A stretch of DNA of 31,781 bases. Origin: a virus (lineage: Duplodnaviria > Caudoviricetes). The position numbers and the translations under genes are program-made. Positions 14,795 through 24,256 of this stretch are shown here, piece by piece. Location of the stretch: positions 1 to 31,781 of the IMG/VR virus record IMGVR_UViG_3300025318_000032. One strand, written 5' to 3'. How positions within the stretch are numbered: the first letter of the stretch is position 1; every line of letters begins with the position of its first letter. A model generated the notes under the pieces. It did no database searches, was not told the origin of the DNA, and worked only from the letters and a program-made list of their open reading frames with translations.

Positions 14795-15008
14795 TTGTTG
14801 CGGACGCATAACTGAAAGCCCAACGATTATCGGCTTGCAACGCGGGCTGAAAGATGAACCTGCGTTGATACTCTGGAATTGTCCATGCGGGACGACGAGG
14901 GCGGTCAAATGGTCTGAGGCCACCTCGGAGCAATGGAGGATCGCGCAGGACGTTGAGGACGCGGTAAGGCCGAAGTCCCCGGAAATGATGCTGGCCCCCG
15001 CCCGATGA
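14781..15008 (+). CDS. Small Zn-ribbon hypothetical protein
   Basis: CNCCG ... NCPCGTT. Confidence 0.55.
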   Translation: MQPCNCCGRITESPTIIGLQRGLKDEPALILWNCPCGTTRAVKWSEATSEQWRIAQDVEDAVRPKSPEMMLAPAR

Positions 15009-15027
15009 CCTGCGAAAGGGCGAGGAG

Positions 15028-15579
15028 ATGAGGGTGTTAGTGGCCTGCGAGTTTTCGGGCATCGTCCGTGACGCCTTCCTGGATCGCGGCCATGACGCAT
15101 GGTCCTGCGACATCCTCCCGTCCGAGGCGTTCGGAGAACGGCACCTTGAGGGCGACGTTCTGGATTACATCGAAGGTCGCGGCTGGCAACTGTTGATCGC
15201 CCACCCTCCGTGTACCCACCTTGCCGTCAGCGGAGCGCGGTGGTTCAAGGGCAAGGAGTGCGAGCAGGAAGAGGCCTTGGAGTTTGTCCACTTTCTTCTC
15301 GACGCTCCGATCCCGCGCATCGCCTTGGAGAACCCCATCTCCATCATCAGCACGCGTATACGCAAGCCCGATCAGATCATTCAGCCGTGGATGTTCGGCC
15401 ATCCCGAGACTAAGGCCACATGCTTATGGCTAAAGAACCTGCCGAAACTTGTGCCGACGAAGATTGTGGAGGGCCGCGACAACCGGGTACACCGCGAACC
15501 ACCAGGGCCAAATCGCTGGAAGAACAGGAGCCGCACACTACAGGGCATCGCCGACGCGATGGCGGAGCAATGGGGATGA
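15028..15579 (+). CDS. Short phage DNA cytosine-C5 methyltransferase-like protein
   Basis: MRVLVACEFSG, HPPCT, ENP, KATCLWLKNLP, IADAMAEQWG. Confidence 0.8.
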   Translation: MRVLVACEFSGIVRDAFLDRGHDAWSCDILPSEAFGERHLEGDVLDYIEGRGWQLLIAHPPCTHLAVSGARWFKGKECEQEEALEFVHFLLDAPIPRIALENPISIISTRIRKPDQIIQPWMFGHPETKATCLWLKNLPKLVPTKIVEGRDNRVHREPPGPNRWKNRSRTLQGIADAMAEQWG

Positions 15580-15608
15580 ATCCGATGCCCTGCTCCCAAT
15601 GCCCCGAT

Positions 15609-15953
15609 CTACTTGACGGGCTTGCGGAGTGCCCGGTCGCGGACGTACTCGGAGACGGTCTTGCCGGATTCCGCGGCGAGGGTGGAGATATCGTCGGACT
15701 CCGCGATGGTAACGCGGACCTGGATCCATCCCGTCCGGCGAGATTTGATGTTGCGGACGCGATAATCCGGACGGGCGTACTCTCCATGTGCCGTCTCGTG
15801 GGTGGATGTCTCCATCTCCCGGATGCGCTCCCGGGCCGCCGCGATGCTCCGGTACTCGTCGGGCTGATCGTGGTACAGGCCGATCCAGTGCCAACCCTCG
15901 ATGACATTGAGCGTGCCGGTGTAGTAGTGCCGTCTCTGCTGGATACCGTACAT
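15609..15953 (-). CDS. Protein with a C-terminal MobC/CopG-type RHH domain
   Basis: IQVRVTIAESDDISTLAAESGKTVSEYVRDRAL; AGGAGG RBS. Confidence 0.7.
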   Translation of the reverse strand: MYGIQQRRHYYTGTLNVIEGWHWIGLYHDQPDEYRSIAAARERIREMETSTHETAHGEYARPDYRVRNIKSRRTGWIQVRVTIAESDDISTLAAESGKTVSEYVRDRALRKPVK

Positions 15954-15977
15954 GATGTCCTCCTATCGGTTGGGGGT

Positions 15978-16367
15978 TTACCCGGCGTTCGGGTCATCAC
16001 AATACCCGGCCCGGCGCATCCGGGCGGTGTGCGCGTCGTACTCGCGCACACCTTTGATCCACTCGGCGTTACGGCGGTCCATCTCGGCGCGATACTCATT
16101 GACCATCGCCGTAACTGCATCTGCGACCTCGGCGGTGACCGGCACAAGCGTCTCGCGGCCACAGACAATCTCGCGCAGGCACAGGCCGGCGACAGGATGT
16201 GTCACGATGGTTGGAGCGTGCAGGCACAGCTTCGGCGCCGTGAGTACCCGGCACTCCAATTTATAGCAAGGCGTCTTGACCTTGTCCCCGTCTGCGCTGA
16301 TCGTCTCGGAGGTTATAAGCTCCAGCTCCACCGCGCTACCCCTGGGGGTCGTCCACTTGATCGTCAT
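15978..16367 (-). CDS. Hypothetical protein, first gene of a counter-oriented cassette
   Basis: GGAGGTG RBS; own promoter upstream. Confidence 0.7.
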   Translation of the reverse strand: MTIKWTTPRGSAVELELITSETISADGDKVKTPCYKLECRVLTAPKLCLHAPTIVTHPVAGLCLREIVCGRETLVPVTAEVADAVTAMVNEYRAEMDRRNAEWIKGVREYDAHTARMRRAGYCDDPNAG

Positions 16368-16394
16368 CTCGTCACCTCCCGCTTTGTTGCCTCC

Positions 16395-16423
16395 ATAGTC
16401 TCATGTCGTCATAACAATGTCAA
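16395..16423 (-). promoter_or_regulatory. Sigma70-like promoter of the reverse cassette
   Basis: TTGACA (16423-16418), 17 bp, GACTAT (16400-16395); imperfect palindrome TGTTATGACGACA in the spacer. Confidence 0.6.
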
Positions 16424-16616
16424 TACATATTATTCCTGCGGGCAAGATATTTTTAATTCCTTTTACAATCAATCACTTACGGGTGGAAGGAAAGCGGGCG
16501 CAGGGAGGATAGCGGCATGAAAGCCGGTGGCCCGCAAAGCCTTGATACACGCGGGTTGCAGGACGTAGGCTCCGCAAACGCACGGCTGGCGCGGGCCAGC
16601 GGATGGGGGGCTGTAA

Positions 16617-16793
16617 ATGATATGTAATACATCCTGCCCCGATTGGCGGCTGCGCTGCATCCTGATTGCGTGTCCGGACATGAGCGAGCGCCTGTCCCGC
16701 ATCGAAGATGACATCGACCGGCAGGAGCGCATCCGGGCCATCGCCCGGGAGATGGACGAGAGGATCGAGCGGTATCCGAGGGGGAGGGGATAG
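16617..16793 (+). CDS. Small hypothetical protein (58 aa)
   Basis: MICNTSCPDWRL...; stop overlaps the helicase start; hand-translated. Confidence 0.4.
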   Translation: MICNTSCPDWRLRCILIACPDMSERLSRIEDDIDRQERIRAIAREMDERIERYPRGRG

Positions 16794-18184
16794 TGGAATA
16801 CGCGGAGTTTCTGGACAGGAAATCACAGTTGGGATCCACCGACGGGTTCGATCCGGTATGGATGCCGGATTTCCTGTTCGATTTCCAGGTGGCACTTCTC
16901 GAATGGGCTATCCTCAAGGGGAAGGCGGCGCTGTATTGTGACTGCGGGATGGGGAAAACCCCGATGCAGTTGGTATGGGCGGAGAACATCGTCTGCAAGG
17001 AAAACGCCCGCGTCCTGATCCTCACTCCGCTGGCCGTATCCGCGCAGACGATCCGCGAGGCGGAGAAGTTCGGAATCGAGGCGCACCGATCCGGCGACGG
17101 AAAGTTATTCCCCGGGATCATTGTGACAAATTACGAGCGCCTGCATTACTTCGACCCGAAGGACTTCGCGGGCGTCGTTTGCGATGAGTCCAGCATCCTA
17201 AAATCTTTCGAGGGGGCCACGAAAGTGGCGGTCACGGATTTCATGCGGAAGGTCCGGTATCGGCTACTTTGCACGGCCACCGCCGCGCCGAATGATTACA
17301 TTGAACTCGGCACGTCCTCCGAGGCCCTCGGAGAACTCGGGTACATGGATATGCTCGGGCGGTTCTTCAAGAACGAACAGAACACAATCCGCCCGACCGT
17401 TTACCGCCACCGCGGACAGAACTTCGCATCCCTTGATGAGCGGGCCAAGTGGCGTCTGAAAGGCCACGCCGAGATCCCGTTCTGGCGGTGGGTTTCCTCA
17501 TGGGCGCGGGCGATGCGGCGCCCATCCGACCTCGGGTTCGATGACGGGAAATTCATTCTCCCGCCGCTGACCGAGAATGAGCACCTTGTGGACACGAACA
17601 CCGCACCGGACGGGATGCTGTTTTCCTTGCCGGCCATTGGCCTGTACGAGCAGCGCGAGGAAAGACGCCGCACAATCACGGAGCGATGCGACAAGGTTGC
17701 GGGACTTGTAAACGATACCGGCAAACCCGCCCTCGTATGGTGTCACTTAAACCGTGAGGGCGACCGCCTTGCGGATATCATCCCGGACGCGGAACAGGTA
17801 AGCGGTGCAGATTCGGATGAGGCGAAGGAGGAAAAGTTCCTCGCGTTCGCATCAGGCCAACTGCGGGTGATGGTCTGCAAGCCGGTTATAGGGGCGTGGG
17901 GGTTGAATCTCCAAAATTGCGCCCACGTAACCTTCTTCCCATCGCACAGTTACGAACAGTACTACCAAGGAGTTAGACGGTGTTATCGGTTTGGACAGAC
18001 GGAAAAGGTAACGGTCGACATTATCACGACAGAGGGTGAACGAGGTGTGCTGAAAAACATGCAAAGAAAACAGCAAGCAGCCGATCGTATGTTTACAAAT
18101 CTGGTGGCTAACATGAACCAAGCGGTCGGTGTTAAGCGAGTCACCGCTTTCACGTCTGATGCAAGTGTCCCGCATTGGTTATGA
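16793..18184 (+). CDS. SF2 (SNF2-like) phage helicase
   Basis: CGMGKT, DESS, TAT, GLNLQ, QGVRRCYRFGQ motifs. Confidence 0.9.
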   Translation: MEYAEFLDRKSQLGSTDGFDPVWMPDFLFDFQVALLEWAILKGKAALYCDCGMGKTPMQLVWAENIVCKENARVLILTPLAVSAQTIREAEKFGIEAHRSGDGKLFPGIIVTNYERLHYFDPKDFAGVVCDESSILKSFEGATKVAVTDFMRKVRYRLLCTATAAPNDYIELGTSSEALGELGYMDMLGRFFKNEQNTIRPTVYRHRGQNFASLDERAKWRLKGHAEIPFWRWVSSWARAMRRPSDLGFDDGKFILPPLTENEHLVDTNTAPDGMLFSLPAIGLYEQREERRRTITERCDKVAGLVNDTGKPALVWCHLNREGDRLADIIPDAEQVSGADSDEAKEEKFLAFASGQLRVMVCKPVIGAWGLNLQNCAHVTFFPSHSYEQYYQGVRRCYRFGQTEKVTVDIITTEGERGVLKNMQRKQQAADRMFTNLVANMNQAVGVKRVTAFTSDASVPHWL

Positions 18185-18720
18185 GCTATAACCCCGAATA
18201 TCACAAGCGGTATCGCGAATTGAATCAAGAACGAATTCGCGAGCGAAAGCGCAATGAATATATAGCAAATAGGGAGGTCGTAAAGGAGCGGTCGCGCTGT
18301 TGGGGTGCGAACAACAGGGACCGCAAATTGGCCGTTGGGGCCATCTACCGGGAACACATGAGGGAGCAGAGGAACGCATATATGAGAGAGCGATACCGTC
18401 AAGACCCTAATCGCCATATAAGCGCCATGAGTGCCTGGAGAAAGGCAAACCCGGAACGCTACCGCGACCAATATCTCCGCGCTGAATTTGGGATATCGCT
18501 GGCGGAATACAATGCACTTTTTGAAGATCAAGGCGGAGTGTGCGCCATATGCAAAACATCTACAGAGAAGGTCTTAGTAGTAGACCACAATCACCAAACA
18601 GGCGTCGTGCGTGGGCTGTTGTGTTCTGGATGCAATGCTGGGCTGGGGCAATTCAAGGATAACCCAGAACGGATGATTCGGGCGGCACATTATATAAATC
18701 AGGAAAGGACAAGCCAGTGA
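18181..18720 (+). CDS. Endonuclease VII-family (homing-type) endonuclease
   Basis: QGGVCAIC..LVVDHNHQTGVVRGLLCSGCNAGLGQFKD. Confidence 0.9.
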   Translation: MSYNPEYHKRYRELNQERIRERKRNEYIANREVVKERSRCWGANNRDRKLAVGAIYREHMREQRNAYMRERYRQDPNRHISAMSAWRKANPERYRDQYLRAEFGISLAEYNALFEDQGGVCAICKTSTEKVLVVDHNHQTGVVRGLLCSGCNAGLGQFKDNPERMIRAAHYINQERTSQ

Positions 18721-19715
18721 ATATATTAGACCAAGAAATCACAGATCGGTATGCAATTTATTGTGGGGATTGTTGTGAGATATTGCCCACACTTCCAAGT
18801 GAATCCATCCATTTATCTTTATACAGTCCGCCTTTTTGCGGATTATTCCAGTATTCATCGAATGAGCGCGACTTGTCGAACTGCCGCAACTATGAGGAAT
18901 TTTTCGAGCACTACACCTTCGCCGTGCGCGAACTGTTCCGTATCACCCTGCCCGGGCGGATGACGGCGGTGCATTGCATGGACATACCCTCGGGAAATTG
19001 TGGGACGGATTACCTGACGGATTTCCCCGGAGACATCATCCGGCTACATGAGCGAGAGGGGTTCAGGTACATCGCCCGGTATGCGGTCTGGAAAGAACCC
19101 CTCGGGGTTCGCAACCGCACGATGGCGAAGAACCTCGCGCATAAAACCATCGTGGAGGATTCCTCCCGGTGTTCCGTTGCGTCCGCCGATTACCTGCTGG
19201 TGTTCCGAAAGAATGGCGAGAACAAGGTTCCGATCGCACATCCGACCGGGTTGATGGAGTACGCCGGGGAGCGGAAGCATCCTCACGAGTTATTGAAATA
19301 CAGGGGATGGGCCGGGAACCAGATTGAGAACCGGTTTTCGCACTGGATATGGAGACAGTACGCCTCAGCGTTTTGGGATGACGTGCGAATCTCCCGCGTC
19401 CTCCCTTTCAAGGCGGCGCGGGATTCCGAAGACGAGAAACACGTCCACCCGCTGCAGCTCGACGTGATCGACCGCGTGATTACCCTGTGGTCGAACCCGG
19501 GCGAAACCGTTATCACCCCGTTTATGGGCGTGGGATCCGAAGTCTATTCGGCGGTTCGGATGGGGCGGCGCGGGGTAGGTGTGGAACTCAAGCCCTCCTA
19601 TTACCGGCAGGCGGTGAAGAACGTCCGCCGAGCCGCAACGGATGAGGACAAGGAACAAAAGACCCTCTTCGAAACCGCGCAGGCGGAGGAATTAAGCAAG
19701 GCCGTGGCGGAATGA
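18717..19715 (+). CDS. DNA amino-methyltransferase (N4C/N6A, beta class)
   Basis: GDC, SPPF, HVHPLQLD, TPFMGVGSE, GVELKPSY. Confidence 0.9.
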   Translation: MNILDQEITDRYAIYCGDCCEILPTLPSESIHLSLYSPPFCGLFQYSSNERDLSNCRNYEEFFEHYTFAVRELFRITLPGRMTAVHCMDIPSGNCGTDYLTDFPGDIIRLHEREGFRYIARYAVWKEPLGVRNRTMAKNLAHKTIVEDSSRCSVASADYLLVFRKNGENKVPIAHPTGLMEYAGERKHPHELLKYRGWAGNQIENRFSHWIWRQYASAFWDDVRISRVLPFKAARDSEDEKHVHPLQLDVIDRVITLWSNPGETVITPFMGVGSEVYSAVRMGRRGVGVELKPSYYRQAVKNVRRAATDEDKEQKTLFETAQAEELSKAVAE

Positions 19716-19758
19716 TCTGGCACTACGCCTACATCTTCGCCGCCGAGGGGGATGCGTT

Positions 19759-20415
19759 TTGAGCAAAGAAAAAGCGAGGGAATACTGGGCCGCATACCGG
19801 GCTGCAAACCCAGAGAAGGTGAAAGCTTGCAACGCAGCATGGAAGGCAAAAAATAAGGACAGGTCAAAAGCCCTCACTGCGGCATGGAGAATTAAGAACG
19901 CCGAAAGAATAAGGGAGAAAAAATCAGAATGGGAAAAAAATAACCCCGAGAAGGTTAAAGAATATAAATCTGCGTGGAGCAAGGCTAACCCACACAAAGA
20001 AAAGGATCGTCGCGATAAATGGAATAAAGCCAACCCAAAAAAGGCGGCAGTTTATAAACGGACATACCGGACGGCTAATAAAGAAAAGATAAAGAAAAAG
20101 GAAGCCGAATACAGAAAGGCAAACCCGGAGCTTGGAAAATTACGGGCACACAACCGGCGGGCGAAAGAAAAGGAGTGCGGAGGGAAACTTTCTGCCGGAT
20201 TGTCTGAGAAGTTAATTGCTTTACAGAGGGGCAAATGCGCCATTTGTAAAAAGAATCTAAAGGAAACCGGATACCATTTGGACCACATTGTGCCCCTTTC
20301 CCGTGGAGGGAAGAATGCCGATGGAAACATTCAGGCGACGTGTCCAACATGCAACCTAAAAAAGCAGGGGAAAGATCCGATCCAGTTCATGCAGGAAATG
20401 GGGTACTTACTATAA
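19759..20415 (+). CDS. HNH endonuclease with N-terminal helical repeats
   Basis: W..xNPEK repeats; CAIC..HLDHIVPLSRGG....NIQATCPTCN. Confidence 0.9.
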   Translation: MSKEKAREYWAAYRAANPEKVKACNAAWKAKNKDRSKALTAAWRIKNAERIREKKSEWEKNNPEKVKEYKSAWSKANPHKEKDRRDKWNKANPKKAAVYKRTYRTANKEKIKKKEAEYRKANPELGKLRAHNRRAKEKECGGKLSAGLSEKLIALQRGKCAICKKNLKETGYHLDHIVPLSRGGKNADGNIQATCPTCNLKKQGKDPIQFMQEMGYLL

Positions 20416-20560
20416 ATTCAGCGCACTTATATTTTTATATTTTCGTGCGCGATTTGCCCCACTACCAATCGGACGGGTGGGAACTATGCGGCCCGATGAA
20501 GCACGAACGATACGCCGGCGGGCATCCCGATACGGTGGTCGTTAGGCGAAGGGGGGCGAA

Positions 20561-20734
20561 ATGAGCGTCGAAGCCAAGGACACCTCCCTGCCGGCCATTT
20601 TCGCCATCAACGGGCTTCGCGCCGGGTCGCGGAGTTGGCGGGACTACGAGGAAGGGAAGCTCATCGTCGCGGATGTCATGCCTGAAGATTACGAGAGGGG
20701 AATAGAAGAATTGGCGGCATACCTTTGCCTGTAA
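20561..20734 (+). CDS. Small hypothetical protein (57 aa)
   Basis: MSVEAKDTS...AAYLCL; hand-translated. Confidence 0.45.
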   Translation: MSVEAKDTSLPAIFAINGLRAGSRSWRDYEEGKLIVADVMPEDYERGIEELAAYLCL

Positions 20735-21681
20735 CGCCGCTCGATATCGAGCGGGAGAAGCGGCAGACGCTCGAAGAGATACGCTTCCGGCGGGGCTATC
20801 TACAAACCCTCGACGGAATGCGGGAGAAGTTTTCCCGAGCACTTACCGCCGAATACTGTTTCGAGAAGATACGCCTCCGCCGGGAGCGCGGAGAACACGC
20901 CATCCCCACGGGGATCGAATGGTGGGATGTGTGGGCAGGCCCGTTCAGGCGGGCGAACGTCTATTGCTTCGCCGGGTATCAGGGCACGGGGAAAACCACG
21001 TTGGCCGTGAATCTTACTTGGCCGATGGCCCGCAAGGGTGTGAAGGTCTGGAACTATTGTCTGGAGTTGACCGCAGACGAGACGTTTGAAGTTGTGGCCG
21101 GCCACGTTCTCGGGAAAGCCGTCCTGTCTGAATCCGATGAGGCGGAGGCCTACGCCATCATTCAGGCGTCCGGGTATCTTTTCTTCGAGCCGGAGCGCGA
21201 CCTGTCCTGGAAGCAGCACATCGACATCATCCAGAAAACGGTACGACAAGAGGCGATTGACCTGGTGGTGATCGATAATTTCTCCTACCTGACAAGCGTG
21301 GACAAGAACTCCTACGAGACGGAGCGGGTAGCGGCGAAGGCCCTGAAAGGGCTGGCGCAGGAACTTGAGATACCCATCATCGTAATCGCCCACTTAAGGA
21401 AGCCCGACCGGGACGATTCAGAACCGAAACCGACCGCTCACAGCGTCTTGGGGTCCGGAGCCATCACGCAGGTATCCTCCGAGACGTTCATCCTCCATCA
21501 CCCGCTCGAAGATTCCGAAACGAACTCCCGTCAACCGGTGGGGTACATATTGTCTGGAAAACCACGTTGGACGATGGGCGGGAAGCGGTACGTTCGGTTC
21601 GATGGTAGCCGCAGGAAATACGAACCGGCGATGGCAATCGAGTACAAAGGTTCCTCCCAAAATCAGAGGACATTCAAGTGA
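20725..21681 (+). CDS. DnaB-like (SF4) replicative helicase
   Basis: AGYQGTGKTT, CLEL, DLVVIDN, LKGLAQELEIPIIVIAHLRK, GSGAITQ. Confidence 0.85.
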   Translation: MPVTPLDIEREKRQTLEEIRFRRGYLQTLDGMREKFSRALTAEYCFEKIRLRRERGEHAIPTGIEWWDVWAGPFRRANVYCFAGYQGTGKTTLAVNLTWPMARKGVKVWNYCLELTADETFEVVAGHVLGKAVLSESDEAEAYAIIQASGYLFFEPERDLSWKQHIDIIQKTVRQEAIDLVVIDNFSYLTSVDKNSYETERVAAKALKGLAQELEIPIIVIAHLRKPDRDDSEPKPTAHSVLGSGAITQVSSETFILHHPLEDSETNSRQPVGYILSGKPRWTMGGKRYVRFDGSRRKYEPAMAIEYKGSSQNQRTFK

Positions 21682-22433
21682 CATCCCCGAAGACAAAAGG
21701 CCGAATGCTCACGAAAGACATCTCAGATTCGAAGGGATTTGCCTCACTTTCGCCAAATTCAGCCGTACTTTTCTGTATGTTGGTCCCACATTACAGCGGA
21801 TTTGGAAAAATGAACGGCAGCCCGGGGTTCATCAAGGGCGAAATTTGCCCTCGGATACCCTATCTGACCGAAAAAAACATACCCATATATTTGAAGGAAA
21901 TTTCAGAGCGCACAAACGTCAAATGGTTCGAATTTGATGGAAGATTTTGGATTCACTCGACGAAGTTTTTATCCGAGCATCAGACCCTTAATCCCGACAA
22001 GTTAGGGAGGGACAAACTCCCGAATTACTCCGGAGTAACTCCAGAATTAGTCAACCCCGAAGTAGAAGTAGAAGTAGAAGAGGAAGGGAACTCCGGAATT
22101 GGAGTTCCGCCAGGCAACGGTTCCTTCTCTCCCGAGAAGATGGCAGAGCTCTGGAATCAAGCCGTCGATTTCTTCTCAGAGGATCGTTTGGTAAAAATAC
22201 CGAAGGTTAAAAATCTATCCACCGACAGGAAGAAGAAATGCTCAGCCAGAATCCGGGACTGCCGCCTCAATGAGGAATCCTGGAAGAAGATCCTGAACGG
22301 AATCCATGCCGATGACTGGCTATCGGGCAGGAAAACGTCCACAAAATATCCAGATTGGTGCGCCACATTCAATTACATCATAAAAAATCCAAGCAATATC
22401 ATACAGATACTTGAGAAAACCGATGTTCAATAA
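21678..22433 (+). CDS. Phage replication initiator (O-like)
   Basis: N-terminal wHTH-like region, EVEVEVEEE linker, C-terminal W.ATFNYII; internal iteron-like repeats. Confidence 0.75.
   Translation: MTSPKTKGRMLTKDISDSKGFASLSPNSAVLFCMLVPHYSGFGKMNGSPGFIKGEICPRIPYLTEKNIPIYLKEISERTNVKWFEFDGRFWIHSTKFLSEHQTLNPDKLGRDKLPNYSGVTPELVNPEVEVEVEEEGNSGIGVPPGNGSFSPEKMAELWNQAVDFFSEDRLVKIPKVKNLSTDRKKKCSARIRDCRLNEESWKKILNGIHADDWLSGRKTSTKYPDWCATFNYIIKNPSNIIQILEKTDVQ
22022..22108. other. Putative replication origin inside the initiator gene
   Basis: Palindrome TTACTCCGGAGTAA (22025-22038), further ACTCC/GGAGT half-sites, GAAGTA x3, GGAACTCC..GGAGTTCC. Confidence 0.5.
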
Positions 22434-22451
22434 GAACCGAAAGGAGACGAC

Positions 22452-22628
22452 ATGGGCACAGTGAAGTTATCCAGGCCGCAGGAAGCCCTACTGAAGCGTA
22501 TCCGGCGATGTCCGAAAGGTTGCTACGTCGAGATCCGGGAGCGCAAGACGGCAGGGAAACTTGTGGCGGCCGGGTTGATAACTCTCGGCGCATCCATGAG
22601 GTTGGCGTACCCAGTGGAGGCGAAGTGA
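22452..22628 (+). CDS. Small hypothetical protein (58 aa)
   Basis: AAGGAG RBS; GTGA overlap with the VRR-NUC gene; hand-translated. Confidence 0.5.
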   Translation: MGTVKLSRPQEALLKRIRRCPKGCYVEIRERKTAGKLVAAGLITLGASMRLAYPVEAK

Positions 22629-22939
22629 ACGAGTCCGCCATCCAGGCGCAGATCCTCGGGTACCTGCGTCTGAAAAGGATCTTCGCGTGGCGGAACAACA
22701 CCCGCACGGTGTTCGTCGGAGGGCGTCCGCTGAAATTCGGGGTCGAAGGCGGCGGAGATATCATCGGCGTTCTTCCGGGAGGGCGCTTCCTGTCGATCGA
22801 GGTGAAGAGGCCGGGAGGATCGACGACGAAGAAGAGGGCGGAGAAGCAGCGGGAGTTCCTGAACACGGTCAACGAATCGGGCGGGCTGGCGATCACGGCG
22901 CGGTCCGTCGAGGAAGTCATGGAGGCCATAGATGCCTGA
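22625..22939 (+). CDS. VRR-NUC domain nuclease (resolvase-like)
   Basis: NESAIQAQI..GGGDII..FLSIEVKRPGG..Q.EFL..GG.A..ARSVEE. Confidence 0.9.
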   Translation: MNESAIQAQILGYLRLKRIFAWRNNTRTVFVGGRPLKFGVEGGGDIIGVLPGGRFLSIEVKRPGGSTTKKRAEKQREFLNTVNESGGLAITARSVEEVMEAIDA

Positions 22940-23141
22940 CGCCGTGTGGTGTATTTGCACAAAGTGCGGTTCCAAATTCGACACGCGCCCCTTGCAGCGA
23001 AAGCAGATATTCGCGTGTCAACTCTGCAAGGAGCCGGGGCTGCGGGTGATGGACGAGCGGGGAGAGGCGACGGATGAATGCTGGCCGAGGGAGGATGAAA
23101 CGAACCATCAACCGGCCCACGGGCCAAAGGAGGCAACATGA
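22932..23141 (+). CDS. Small Zn-finger protein
   Basis: CTKC...CQLC. Confidence 0.5.
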   Translation: MPDAVWCICTKCGSKFDTRPLQRKQIFACQLCKEPGLRVMDERGEATDECWPREDETNHQPAHGPKEAT

Positions 23142-23341
23142 AATTCGAGGTGGAGTTGATTTCTGATGGGAGAGTGCTTGTAACGGGAATCGACGGATCA
23201 ATTGCGATCACGAGCGACGAGGGATTAGGGTCGTTCCTTCGGAATCAGAACGCGCCGTCAGCTCCGGCGAAGCGGGCGTATCCCAAGGGGACGCGGAAGC
23301 GCAGGGCGAAGGCACCCGAGGCGGAGGAAGCGACGACGTGA
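23138..23341 (+). CDS. Hypothetical protein
   Basis: AGGAGG RBS; coupled. Confidence 0.55.
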   Translation: MKFEVELISDGRVLVTGIDGSIAITSDEGLGSFLRNQNAPSAPAKRAYPKGTRKRRAKAPEAEEATT

Positions 23342-23724
23342 AGTTTTCGTCTCCCCATCACGCCTTCGCTTGGGCGTTCGAAATCCTCGACGTGTGGCGT
23401 GTAGGATCCGGTTTCGACCCCGATCCGGATCACCTCGGCGGAGGCGGCACGGGGGCGCTCGGTGCCGTCGTGTTGGCCCTGTCGGTGGAGATGGTCGCCG
23501 ATCGCCATGATCCGGGTATCTGCCGCCAGCCGCATCCGAGGGACCGGGAGAAATCATGGTTTGCGCAGCATTACATCGCGCAGGACTCGCCGCGCAACTG
23601 GTCGCCGCACGAGAAGTGGTTACTCGATCGGGCGCTGTGCGATTTCTGCGCGGAATTAAGCGACCGGGGGCTTTGCGGGAGGGACGGGTGCGCGGGGAGA
23701 TGTCCGACGAAAAAAGGGGCTTGA
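23338..23724 (+). CDS. Hypothetical protein at the end of the middle operon
   Basis: GTGA overlap; 128 aa. Confidence 0.55.
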   Translation: MKFSSPHHAFAWAFEILDVWRVGSGFDPDPDHLGGGGTGALGAVVLALSVEMVADRHDPGICRQPHPRDREKSWFAQHYIAQDSPRNWSPHEKWLLDRALCDFCAELSDRGLCGRDGCAGRCPTKKGA

Positions 23725-23795
23725 CAATGAGAATCGATTTCCGGCAATATGCACCCATAGGTCAAAGTTGTCTCCGACGCACAACGCGAGGCAGC

Positions 23796-24233
23796 ATGAA
23801 GAAAATCCTCCCGCTCCTGATTTTCGCAATCCTGCTCTCTTCTTGCGGGGGAGGGAGTAGCCCCACATCGGTTTCCTTGACGTCTCCAGGCGTAAGCCTT
23901 GTCGGGTCGTACACCCTGATGGCGTATTATCGTAATGGCGCTGAACAAGGCGGGTACACGGGCGAACTGGAAATTGGGGAGACACGGATCTGGGCGCAGA
24001 TGTCCTCATACCCTCCGCCGTGGGGCGGGGGGGAATACGACTACACGGCTGAATCGTACTCTTCCGTGGGCTACATCGAGGCGTACATCCGGCTGAGGGT
24101 AGGAACGCTCAGGGTTTATTCCATGCGCATCGCAACAGATGATTCGATGACGCTGGTAACATGGACGCAGATCGACAACGTTTTATTCGAAACATTTTGG
24201 GAGAAAGTAAGCGACAGCACAACGTTGGACTGA
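23796..24233 (+). CDS. Lipoprotein (moron-like)
   Basis: MKKILPLLIFAILLSS-C lipobox; TTGACA at 23721 upstream; terminator downstream. Confidence 0.8.
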   Translation: MKKILPLLIFAILLSSCGGGSSPTSVSLTSPGVSLVGSYTLMAYYRNGAEQGGYTGELEIGETRIWAQMSSYPPPWGGGEYDYTAESYSSVGYIEAYIRLRVGTLRVYSMRIATDDSMTLVTWTQIDNVLFETFWEKVSDSTTLD

Positions 24234-24256
24234 TCCCCCGCCACAAGCGGGAACGG

